IMG/VR virus record: IMGVR_UViG_3300020686_000001
Location: 1 to 56,674 of that record
DNA: 56,674 nt
Origin: a virus
Lineage: Duplodnaviria; Caudoviricetes
Direction: 5' to 3' (one strand)
The notes beneath the pieces were generated by a model that saw only the letters and a list, made by a program, of their open reading frames with translations, was not told the DNA's origin and ran no database searches. Positions 26,474 to 34,846 of this stretch are shown piece after piece; the first letter of the stretch is position 1; each line of letters starts with the position of its first letter. The position numbers were made by a program, and so were the translations under genes.

Positions 26474-28333
26474 TTAGGCAGGAATTTTAGCTTGTAATGC
26501 GGTTACTTGAGCACTTAATTCTTGCACTGCATTCCACAATACAGCTACCATATCCATACCAGCCATTTTAAGATGTTCAGGGTCAGAGTTGTCAACAATT
26601 TGTTCTGATCCTTGGTTTTCCAATACATCTTGAGCTGACCAACCTAAATAAGTTCTGCTTGATGGAGTATCGTCTTCCCTTGAAACTTTGAATTGATAAG
26701 CAATAGCATTGATTCTGTTTACAAAATCCAATCCTAAAGTGATTAGTCTAATCCCTGTTTTATCACGAATATCAGAAGTAGTAATTGTTGATGTTTTGCA
26801 ATAAAAAGAAGCGGTGGAATTGTTTCCTAATACAACTGTATTCGATTGAGTTGTAATAGTTATAAGCGCATCATTTCCAGAGTTATTTCCCAAGCAAACA
26901 TTGTTTCCACCTGTGGTGATTGCATTACCTGCATAATAACCAAGACCCGAATTGAATGATCCACTACTACTTCCTGCACTACCTGCTAAAGCAAAATATC
27001 CAACACCAGTATTTCCATTTCCTGTGATGTATGAATTAGCTCCACAACCAACTCCAGTTTGAAATGCTGCAGCTCCTGTAGAATATAATGTTGAGTTGCC
27101 TATTGCTGTATTTCCATTTCCAGACCCAGCGTTATATGCTAAATATCCAAAAATTGTATTTGAATTACTATTGCTTCCACCAATTGTTATTGGATAAGTT
27201 GCTCCAATTGTTAAATTATTTGCAAGTGTTAAAGCTGTACCATTGAAGGTCATATTAGCTGATCCAGCTAATACCCCTGAATTATTATATTGAACTTGAG
27301 TATTTGAACCTCCTGCTGATGGAGTTGGAATTGGTTGCCAAGATGCTGTTGTTCCATTTGAAGTTAAAACATAAGCATTTGTACCAATAGCTAATCTTGT
27401 AGCGCTACTTGTACCATTTCCAATGATTAAATCGCCAGTTGTAGTAATTGGGCTTAAAGCATTAAATGCAGCAGAAGCCGTTGTTTGACCTGTTCCACCT
27501 GCGCCAATACTTAATGTTCCCCATGTTGGAGAGCCTGTGCCACCAGATAAAAGAGCTTGTCCTGTAGTTCCTGCTGTTGTGTATCCTTGTGCAGAAGTAG
27601 AAGCTCCATAAACTACAGATCCTGCTATAGGGGCTGTTGTAATACCTGTACCGCCATTACCTACAGGAAGAGTACCTGTCACGCCTGTCGTTAAAGGAAG
27701 ACCTGTAGCATTCGTCAATGTTCCTGAACTTGGAGTTCCTAAAACACCACCATTGACCACAATAGATCCTGCTGTTCCAACAGCAGTTCCAAGAGCAGTT
27801 GCAATCCCTGTTCCCAATCCACTAACACCTGTGCTAATTGGAAGACCAGTACAATTAGTTAATGTTCCTGAGTTTGGTGTTCCTAAAATAGGAGTAACCA
27901 AAGTAGGACTTGTACTTAATACATTTGATCCTGTTCCTGTAGATGTTGTAACTCCAGTACCACCAGCTAAAACAGGAAGAGTTCCTGCAGTTAAAGCAGA
28001 TGAAGAGGTTGAATAAATCGCATTATTCGCAGCTACAAAAGTAGTTAATCCTGTTCCACCATTAGTAGAAGCCAATGTTCCCGCAAGGGTTACAACGCCA
28101 TTAGTTGCAGTAGAAGGAGTAAAGCCTGTAGTTCCTGCGCTAAATGATGTTACGCTAGTTGCATAATTTGAATTAGCTAATACTGTAATGACATTAGATG
28201 CATTCTTGTAATACAGCTTTCCATCTGCATAATTTAATGCAAGCTCACCATAAGCCAAATTACCTACTGTAGGCTGATTAGAAGCTGTTCCACTGTTGTA
28301 GATAATGATTGGTGTATATCCTGATTGAGCCAT
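26474..28333 (-). CDS. Tail fibre with C-terminal intramolecular chaperone (peptidase S74-like)
   Basis: GELALNYADGKLYYK N-terminus, GGTG repeats, N.A.G repeats, TSDIRDK...LG..AQDV...LWNAVQEL. Confidence 0.85.
   Translation of the reverse strand: MAQSGYTPIIIYNSGTASNQPTVGNLAYGELALNYADGKLYYKNASNVITVLANSNYATSVTSFSAGTTGFTPSTATNGVVTLAGTLASTNGGTGLTTFVAANNAIYSTSSSALTAGTLPVLAGGTGVTTSTGTGSNVLSTSPTLVTPILGTPNSGTLTNCTGLPISTGVSGLGTGIATALGTAVGTAGSIVVNGGVLGTPSSGTLTNATGLPLTTGVTGTLPVGNGGTGITTAPIAGSVVYGASTSAQGYTTAGTTGQALLSGGTGSPTWGTLSIGAGGTGQTTASAAFNALSPITTTGDLIIGNGTSSATRLAIGTNAYVLTSNGTTASWQPIPTPSAGGSNTQVQYNNSGVLAGSANMTFNGTALTLANNLTIGATYPITIGGSNSNSNTIFGYLAYNAGSGNGNTAIGNSTLYSTGAAAFQTGVGCGANSYITGNGNTGVGYFALAGSAGSSSGSFNSGLGYYAGNAITTGGNNVCLGNNSGNDALITITTQSNTVVLGNNSTASFYCKTSTITTSDIRDKTGIRLITLGLDFVNRINAIAYQFKVSREDDTPSSRTYLGWSAQDVLENQGSEQIVDNSDPEHLKMAGMDMVAVLWNAVQELSAQVTALQAKIPA
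28115..28153. repeat. 39-bp repeat shared with 30929-30967
   Basis: One mismatch; encodes VTSFSAGTTGFTP in two fibre genes. Confidence 0.85.
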
Positions 28334-28342
28334 GATTGATCC

Positions 28343-30406
28343 TTAAAAAAGCAAAAGAAAGTTTCCTGAATTGTTTATTACAGTAGTAAATGTCCAGCCT
28401 GTATTATTGCTGACATTGGTACTATTTATAGCTGTCCAAGTAGAAGATGGAGTTGCTTTTGAATCTTTAATGCTTAAATAACTTGCAGAAACTGTACCTC
28501 CACCAGATTTGGTTAAAGTAGCTTGTGTTCCTGCTATTGAACTTTTTAAAGTTATTAAATTACCTGCTGTACCACTAGCAGTCCAATTTCCAACAGTTGT
28601 TGTTGTAGAGGATTGAAGATTTATTACAAATGGTATAGTTGCTGTACTAGATATTGTTCCAACAAAAGTATTTGAACCAGTAATACTATAAGTACCATTT
28701 GTTGTAGTCGGAGAAAATACAAGATTTCCGTAAGTAAAACCAGCGCCTTGAAAAGTATTGCTTGCTCCATTTATTATTATTGTAGAGTTTGAAGCATTCA
28801 TTGTTAAAGATGTAGCCGCAGCAAGCCAATTAATTCCAGTTAAAGTTGATGTTCCTAAATTGAATACACCAGTGCATCCAAAACTCATAGAAACAGTAAA
28901 ACCTTGTCCTGCCGATATATTATAGTTATTAGTATTTATCGTACCTCCGTTAAAAATAAAATTACTTGTGCAGGAAAGAGAACTGTTTAAATTCCATGTA
29001 TTACCAGTACCATAAAAACTTATTATGTTTAAATTTATTCCATTTGTATTTATAGTCTGAGTACCAGAGCCACCTATAAAATATAAATTGGCTGCTGTTG
29101 ATGCAGTAAAAGAACTGCTAGTTGGAAAAGATAAACTTCCACAAATGTAAACAGTAGAATTACTAATAGTTCCCAATATAATTGCCTGTGTTGCAGTTAC
29201 AGTTAGATTATTACAATTACCACTATTTACAGTAATTGATCCTGTTCCTGAACTTGTATCTATTATTACATTATCTCCTTGAGATGGTACGCCATATCCA
29301 CCTGAACCACCCGAACTAGAAGACCAGTTGGTAGGAGTAAAATTGTCCCAAATTCCTATTCCACCTACCCAATAGAATGTAAGCGGACTACCAAATGTAA
29401 TTCCTGTGTTATTGCTTACATTAGTGCTATTTGAAGCATTAAATGTTGCAGAAGAAGTTACTTTTATATCTTTAATGCTTGCATAAGTAATGCTAGATAG
29501 TACGCTTCCGCTAATAGCAATAGTAGCTTGAGTTCCTGCAGTAGAGCTTTGTAAAGTTAAAATATATGATGATGAACCAGAAGCGCCCCAAAAACCAATT
29601 GTTGTTGTTACAGAAGAAGGGAAAATAAGCGAAGTAGGTCTATTTCCTGTGCTTCCTTGTGAATAAAAACTACCAGTAAAAGTATTTGCTCCAGTAAATG
29701 TTATCGATGCTGTTCCAACAGGTGGAGTAGTATAGTAAAAATTACCATATGTTAAGCCACCACCATAAAATATTGCAGCACCCGGATTTTGATAGAAAAA
29801 GCTTGATGAAGCTCCACTAAATGTTAATCCTGTTGTATTGCTAAAGTTCCAACTGGTTGTAGCTATTAATGATGTTCCAAGCGTTAAACTAAATATTCCT
29901 GTAGCGCTATAAGTAATTTGTGAGAAAGTTAATTGAAATCCATTAGTATTTAATGATCCATTTGTTAGAGTTAAAGAACTCGAACTTATAGATAATTTAC
30001 TGAGTAATGTCCATCCACCACCAACTCCATTAAATGTTACTGCTCCATTATAATTAATATTACTAGGAATATTAATAGTTTTTCCAGTGGTATTTGCTGC
30101 AAAAGTAGTTGAAAGTAATGATGATACTGTAAATGAACCAGTGGCAGGAAAAACTAAATTACCATAAATAGAAATTGTAGAACTTGTTGTTCCCAAAGTC
30201 ATAAATTGCGTAGGATTTACAGTTAAATTATTACAAACTGCTCCTGTGCAAGTAATAGTTCCAGTACCAGAACTTATATCAAAGATTACATCATCAACAG
30301 ATGTTGGGAAACCAGCTCCACCCGTTCCACCTGAGCTAGAAGACCAATTAGTAGTAGTGGTTGCATCCCAAGTACCATTACCACCAACCCAATAATATGT
30401 TGCCAT
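28343..30406 (-). CDS. Beta-helix-like virion adhesin/fibre protein with duplicated module
   Basis: YWVGG.G.WD...TNWSSSSGG and STNVSNNTG.TF each occur twice. Confidence 0.7.
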   Translation of the reverse strand: MATYYWVGGNGTWDATTTTNWSSSSGGTGGAGFPTSVDDVIFDISSGTGTITCTGAVCNNLTVNPTQFMTLGTTSSTISIYGNLVFPATGSFTVSSLLSTTFAANTTGKTINIPSNINYNGAVTFNGVGGGWTLLSKLSISSSSLTLTNGSLNTNGFQLTFSQITYSATGIFSLTLGTSLIATTSWNFSNTTGLTFSGASSSFFYQNPGAAIFYGGGLTYGNFYYTTPPVGTASITFTGANTFTGSFYSQGSTGNRPTSLIFPSSVTTTIGFWGASGSSSYILTLQSSTAGTQATIAISGSVLSSITYASIKDIKVTSSATFNASNSTNVSNNTGITFGSPLTFYWVGGIGIWDNFTPTNWSSSSGGSGGYGVPSQGDNVIIDTSSGTGSITVNSGNCNNLTVTATQAIILGTISNSTVYICGSLSFPTSSSFTASTAANLYFIGGSGTQTINTNGINLNIISFYGTGNTWNLNSSLSCTSNFIFNGGTINTNNYNISAGQGFTVSMSFGCTGVFNLGTSTLTGINWLAAATSLTMNASNSTIIINGASNTFQGAGFTYGNLVFSPTTTNGTYSITGSNTFVGTISSTATIPFVINLQSSTTTTVGNWTASGTAGNLITLKSSIAGTQATLTKSGGGTVSASYLSIKDSKATPSSTWTAINSTNVSNNTGWTFTTVINNSGNFLLLF

Positions 30407-30415
30407 TATTAACCT

Positions 30416-31693
30416 TTAAGCTTGAGTTGTTACTGCAACAACATCCCAAAATGTGTCTTGAGCATTATATACACAGCCAACATAGGTAACTTTACCAGCT
30501 ACAGTTGTTGTTGGTAGGGTTGAACCAATAATTCTATATCCACCTGAAGTTGTTGTCCAAGCTAATGTTTGGGCTGTTCCATTGTCTTTAATGCGAATTG
30601 TTAGCTTTTGACCATCAGCACCTACAGAAGGAATTGCAAATGTTGTACCTACTGCTAATGCTGTCACATTGTATTGAGCAGTTGTAATGGTAGGAGTAAT
30701 CGTAGATGCAGATGCAATAGTTCCCGGTGTCTGTGTATTAGATATTGTGATAGAACCTGAAGCATTGGTTACTGTTATTCCAACACCTGAAGTCAATGTT
30801 GATAATGTGTAATTTGTACCATTACCAATTAGCAATTGACCATTAGTTGGGGTTGTTGTAATACCTGTACCTCCATTGGTAATAGTCAAAGTACCAGCCA
30901 AAGTTACAACACCTGTAGAAGATGTATTAGGAGTAAATCCTGTAGTTCCTGCGCTAAATGATGTTACTCCAGCAATTATTGCAGTGCTGATAGTTTGCCA
31001 AGAACTATTGATATATCCCTCTATAACATTGGTATCAGAGTTATATCGCATCATGCCATTAGCAGGACTTGAAGGGCGACTTGCAGTGCCTCCTGTAGGA
31101 ATGGTAATGCTTCCACCACCGGGGATTACAGGGTTATTTACAATTCCAATTACAGGGGATGAAGAGCCATTAGTTACTGCAATTTGATTTGCTGTTCCTG
31201 TAATGGTTATTGCAGATAAAGAACTACCACCAGCAACAGCCAATAAACCTGTGCCTGAAAGTGTGGATAAAATGGAATTTAAACCTGTCAAAGCAATGGT
31301 AGGGTTTCCGCTTACTCCATTACCATTGGTAACGGATATACCTGATCCTGAACTTTGAATAGTAATTGGAGCTACTGTATTACCTGATGTCTTAGCAATA
31401 ATTCCTGTAGAAGCGTTTTCTAGGCTTGCAGAGGTTGCATTTAAGGCAAATACAAAGTTGCCTTGAGCGCCACCATCAGTTACACCAATACCTAATCCAC
31501 CTGTAATCTTTCGGCTATTCGGAAGGCTTGTTTCAGTATTAATTGTGGCAAATGTCTGTGTCTGGACAGGGCTATTAACTAACTTAGTAACAGTTGTTTG
31601 AACAGTTTGACCATTTTGGACAATAGGAACAAGCTCTGAACCTGTAATAGCGGTTGGAGCTGTTGGGAGTTGCGATATTCTGATATTTGCCAT
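30416..31693 (-). CDS. Tail fibre-like protein
   Basis: MANIRISQLP start; RP.SP.NGMMRYN; GQLLIGNG; DGQKLTIRIKDNG. Confidence 0.75.
   Translation of the reverse strand: MANIRISQLPTAPTAITGSELVPIVQNGQTVQTTVTKLVNSPVQTQTFATINTETSLPNSRKITGGLGIGVTDGGAQGNFVFALNATSASLENASTGIIAKTSGNTVAPITIQSSGSGISVTNGNGVSGNPTIALTGLNSILSTLSGTGLLAVAGGSSLSAITITGTANQIAVTNGSSSPVIGIVNNPVIPGGGSITIPTGGTASRPSSPANGMMRYNSDTNVIEGYINSSWQTISTAIIAGVTSFSAGTTGFTPNTSSTGVVTLAGTLTITNGGTGITTTPTNGQLLIGNGTNYTLSTLTSGVGITVTNASGSITISNTQTPGTIASASTITPTITTAQYNVTALAVGTTFAIPSVGADGQKLTIRIKDNGTAQTLAWTTTSGGYRIIGSTLPTTTVAGKVTYVGCVYNAQDTFWDVVAVTTQA
30929..30967. repeat. 39-bp repeat shared with 28115-28153
   Basis: One mismatch. Confidence 0.85.
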
Positions 31694-32502
31694 TATGGTG
31701 TTCCTGTTGCAATTAAAATACCTTCTACACCAATACCTACTTGTGATGTTCCAGAAGATGGTCCTCCAGTAGCTTGCCACTGAATATCAGTTTTTGCAGC
31801 ATATGCACGAGGGGCTACTCGAAGTGTTTGATAGCTATTGGTAAAAGGCGCTTGTAAAAGAATTTGAATCAACCCAGCAGATGATTGTGTCCAAACTCTA
31901 TATCCGCAAAAATTGTTAATTGTGTTTCCGCTTTGATTGGAATATGCATTAGATCGAGTCAAATAGAATGTATAACCATTCGGAACTGTATAAATCATTG
32001 CTTGGCTTTTACCATTTCCTGCTGTAATTTCAGCATATTGAATGGTTTTTCCTGCATTTCCTAGGTTCAAAATACCTACTGCATTGACAGTGCCAACTAC
32101 TTGTATCCCATTGATTCTTAAGTAACTATTGACAGTAGTAACGCCTGTCGTTCCATTGGTAAGGGTCAATGTTTCAGAAAGCAAGTTGTAGCTAGAATCT
32201 AATCCATTAATTAATACTTGAACTGCTGTATCAGAAGCTGAAGAACTCCACAACAACATGGTTGTAGCAGATGCAGGATAAGTATAAGCGGTAGTATTTT
32301 CCCAAACAGGATAGTAAGTTACAGCACTAGAGTTTGGCAATGCACTCTGATAACCATAAATATTAACTACTGAAGCGCCTGTAACAAGCCCACGAGATAC
32401 TTGTAAGTAAGGAGGTAAAGCAAGCGGAGATTCATTATCAGTAATCGCAGTAATTGGATTACTAGAAGATGAACCTTGAGGTGGAAAATAATTGATTGTC
32501 AT
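31693..32502 (-). CDS. Virion structural protein
   Basis: LQVSRG.V.G, SSSASDT..V.INGLD, IYTVPNG.TFYL. Confidence 0.65.
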   Translation of the reverse strand: MTINYFPPQGSSSSNPITAITDNESPLALPPYLQVSRGLVTGASVVNIYGYQSALPNSSAVTYYPVWENTTAYTYPASATTMLLWSSSASDTAVQVLINGLDSSYNLLSETLTLTNGTTGVTTVNSYLRINGIQVVGTVNAVGILNLGNAGKTIQYAEITAGNGKSQAMIYTVPNGYTFYLTRSNAYSNQSGNTINNFCGYRVWTQSSAGLIQILLQAPFTNSYQTLRVAPRAYAAKTDIQWQATGGPSSGTSQVGIGVEGILIATGTP

Positions 32503-32849
32503 GTTGACTGCAATCCACCAATAGTTATCGTTATTGTTGTTCCTGAACCTTTAATCTGAATTGTATCGCCTGCAAAAAGAGGCTGATTACTTGTCCATTG
32601 TACTGTTTGATTAGCAGTCAAAGGGCATTGATAAAAGATAGCATTAGATGTTCCTGCAGTTCCATTTGCAGGCACTAAATACACATCAAATGTTGCTGAT
32701 GCACCTGTATTGCAAGCGGTAATGTCAGTTACATAGGTACGAACATTAGAAGGAACTGTATATAGAGTAGCAACGGATGTAGCTGTAACACCCTGACCCA
32801 ATTTAACAGGAACTTGAACTTGAAATATTGGTAAGTAAGGAGCTGTCAT
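32499..32849 (-). CDS. Small beta-rich virion protein
   Basis: TLYTVP...AGDTIQ. Confidence 0.65.
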   Translation of the reverse strand: MTAPYLPIFQVQVPVKLGQGVTATSVATLYTVPSNVRTYVTDITACNTGASATFDVYLVPANGTAGTSNAIFYQCPLTANQTVQWTSNQPLFAGDTIQIKGSGTTITITIGGLQST

Positions 32850-33223
32850 GGGCTTAAGTTATCCAAATCACCATTGTTAGGATTCTCAATAGGTACTTCA
32901 GGGGCAATTCCCCATGTTCCTGCAGTTGCAGGGGTAGCAGGATCTTGTGATGGGTTGTTAACAATATTTGGATCTGTTGTCAACGCATCATCATTTTCTG
33001 CAATATCTGCATCAGGTCTAGGAAAGCGAATTGAAATCTTTTCAGGTTGTCTAGCAGGTAATCTATAAGGATCTCGTTCATCATTACATCCTTCATTGCA
33101 AACCCGAAGACCGGGTATATTTCTATCTTGACCAATATCCGAGTAAGCTCGTTTCATCTTGCATCTGTCGCAGATAGCAATTGATAAAACAGAGTTTCCA
33201 CGAGTATCTAACCATTTAGGCAT
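32846..33223 (-). CDS. Conserved protein with CxxC motif
   Basis: AICDRC...GLRVC..C.D..DPYRLP....PRPD. Confidence 0.7.
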   Translation of the reverse strand: MPKWLDTRGNSVLSIAICDRCKMKRAYSDIGQDRNIPGLRVCNEGCNDERDPYRLPARQPEKISIRFPRPDADIAENDDALTTDPNIVNNPSQDPATPATAGTWGIAPEVPIENPNNGDLDNLSP

Positions 33224-33225
33224 GA

Positions 33226-34284
33226 TTATCTCGTGTAAACGGATATATTAGGGGCAAAGTAGATTGGAGACTTATCTCGCTCTTCTTGTTCAGCCATGTT
33301 GAAGTATTTTTCAGCTTGAGCTTCACAATAAGCAATACGATTTGGGTCTACATCAGGCAATTCCATAGCCATTTGATGGGCAAGCATATTCTGAATAGCC
33401 AAATACCAACGCTGAGGTATCTCAATCGACCCAGAAAGCGCTCCAACATCCTGAATATACCTAGAGCACCATGCCACAATCTGTGGAGAATAGATTGCAG
33501 GGCTGGGCCAAAGCGTCATAGTCGGTTGCGGAATGGTTCGATTGAACCAATACTGCAACGGATAGTTATTTGTGAAGTTTTTGTTCGGAAGATTGGTGTA
33601 ATCATCACGATTCATACGAGCTAATGGGATTTCAGTAGCATTTGAACCAAAAACTACCTGATAAACACCCATATTTACGCCTGAAGTCTGTTTAATTCTC
33701 CAATATGGAGCTGTTACAGAGGGATCTAAGTCATAATAAAGCCAAGTTCCTGCCACCCAAGTAGTGGAAGATGGATCATAAAGCGTTATCCAGTTGGTAT
33801 TATCTTGGGAATATTGAATCTGAATGTCTACAGCGCCATTAACAGCAGGCAAAATACCTACTGTTCCAATGTAAACACCTTGACCTGTACCTAAATTAAT
33901 TCCAATTGTGCTTGTATTGTTAGTGCATTGGCAAATATTGGTGTATTGACCATCAAAAGCATAAGATCCATTACCAGTTGAAGAGTAACCACCTGTTGTA
34001 TTGGCTGTTACAGTTCGATAATTGGAGTTTAGGACATCGTTTATGCCTACAGGTAGCTGATATTCATACTGGTCAGGAATAAGCCCGTATACGACCTTTT
34101 GGATAGCCCAATACTGAATACCTCTATTAGCTAGATTCGATAAAACATAGTAAAGGCTCTGTTTTGAGGCAGCTACTTGCTCAGATGTAAGAGTTTCTGC
34201 AAGCTTTCCTGCACGACGAGCACCGCTATCTATTAAATTTTGGACAGTTATTACTGTTTGACCAACTGTTCCGCTTGTGCTCAT
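33226..34284 (-). CDS. Head-tail adaptor with inserted discoidin-like domain
   Basis: TSGT...ANRGI.YW, R.DY.NLPNK, LWP.P, IPQRWY.A; central YAFDG..QYSQD.TNW..YWRI insert. Confidence 0.65.
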   Translation of the reverse strand: MSTSGTVGQTVITVQNLIDSGARRAGKLAETLTSEQVAASKQSLYYVLSNLANRGIQYWAIQKVVYGLIPDQYEYQLPVGINDVLNSNYRTVTANTTGGYSSTGNGSYAFDGQYTNICQCTNNTSTIGINLGTGQGVYIGTVGILPAVNGAVDIQIQYSQDNTNWITLYDPSSTTWVAGTWLYYDLDPSVTAPYWRIKQTSGVNMGVYQVVFGSNATEIPLARMNRDDYTNLPNKNFTNNYPLQYWFNRTIPQPTMTLWPSPAIYSPQIVAWCSRYIQDVGALSGSIEIPQRWYLAIQNMLAHQMAMELPDVDPNRIAYCEAQAEKYFNMAEQEERDKSPIYFAPNISVYTR

Positions 34285-34287
34285 GGT

Positions 34288-34845
34288 TTACCACCCTTTT
34301 ATATCATACTTTTTAGCTTTTCCACCATCTTTGCATTTCCATCTTCTTAAAGAAGCTTTTGCACGAGGCGCATCACCTTTGGCATGCTCAACTACCCCTT
34401 CCATTCTTGCACAGAACGACTTTTTCCTAGAGCCACCTTGTGGTTGGGGAGCTTTTAAATGACTCCCTGTCTCTCTATTATACTTTGCTCTACCCTTGTC
34501 GGTAAGCCCTGCACCCTCTTTTACAGACAATTTTTCACCACGACCAACAGATAATGAAACACCACCTTTTTTCATTTTTGCTGTCTTTGCGGATTCCTTA
34601 AATGCCTCTGCAGTAGGAGCGCCTTTACTTCCAACCTTACGCATATGTTCACCTGAACCATGAGCTATACGCTCTTGCTTTTTGTGAATATTTTCGTAAA
34701 GACCGCCTTTGGCAAATTTTTTACCTTTATCGGCACTTGCAAACTCTTTACCAACTTTAGATGGAATTCCAACTTTCTTAGCGAAAGCAGGGTTATGAGC
34801 CACTGCTTCCATTAAGTTATGTTGTTTTAAAGATTTGCTTGGCAT
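34288..34845 (-). CDS. Basic phage protein (DUF6321-like) with KKGG motifs
   Basis: GL..KGRAKYN..TGS.LKAP..RKKSFCARM...SLRRWKC; start MPSKS. Confidence 0.7.
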   Translation of the reverse strand: MPSKSLKQHNLMEAVAHNPAFAKKVGIPSKVGKEFASADKGKKFAKGGLYENIHKKQERIAHGSGEHMRKVGSKGAPTAEAFKESAKTAKMKKGGVSLSVGRGEKLSVKEGAGLTDKGRAKYNRETGSHLKAPQPQGGSRKKSFCARMEGVVEHAKGDAPRAKASLRRWKCKDGGKAKKYDIKGW

Positions 34846-34846
34846 A

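Noticed and set aside
26474-31693. Diversity-generating retroelement acting on the fibres
   Set aside because: No reverse transcriptase is present; the only repeat pair is 39 bp and lacks adenine-specific mismatches
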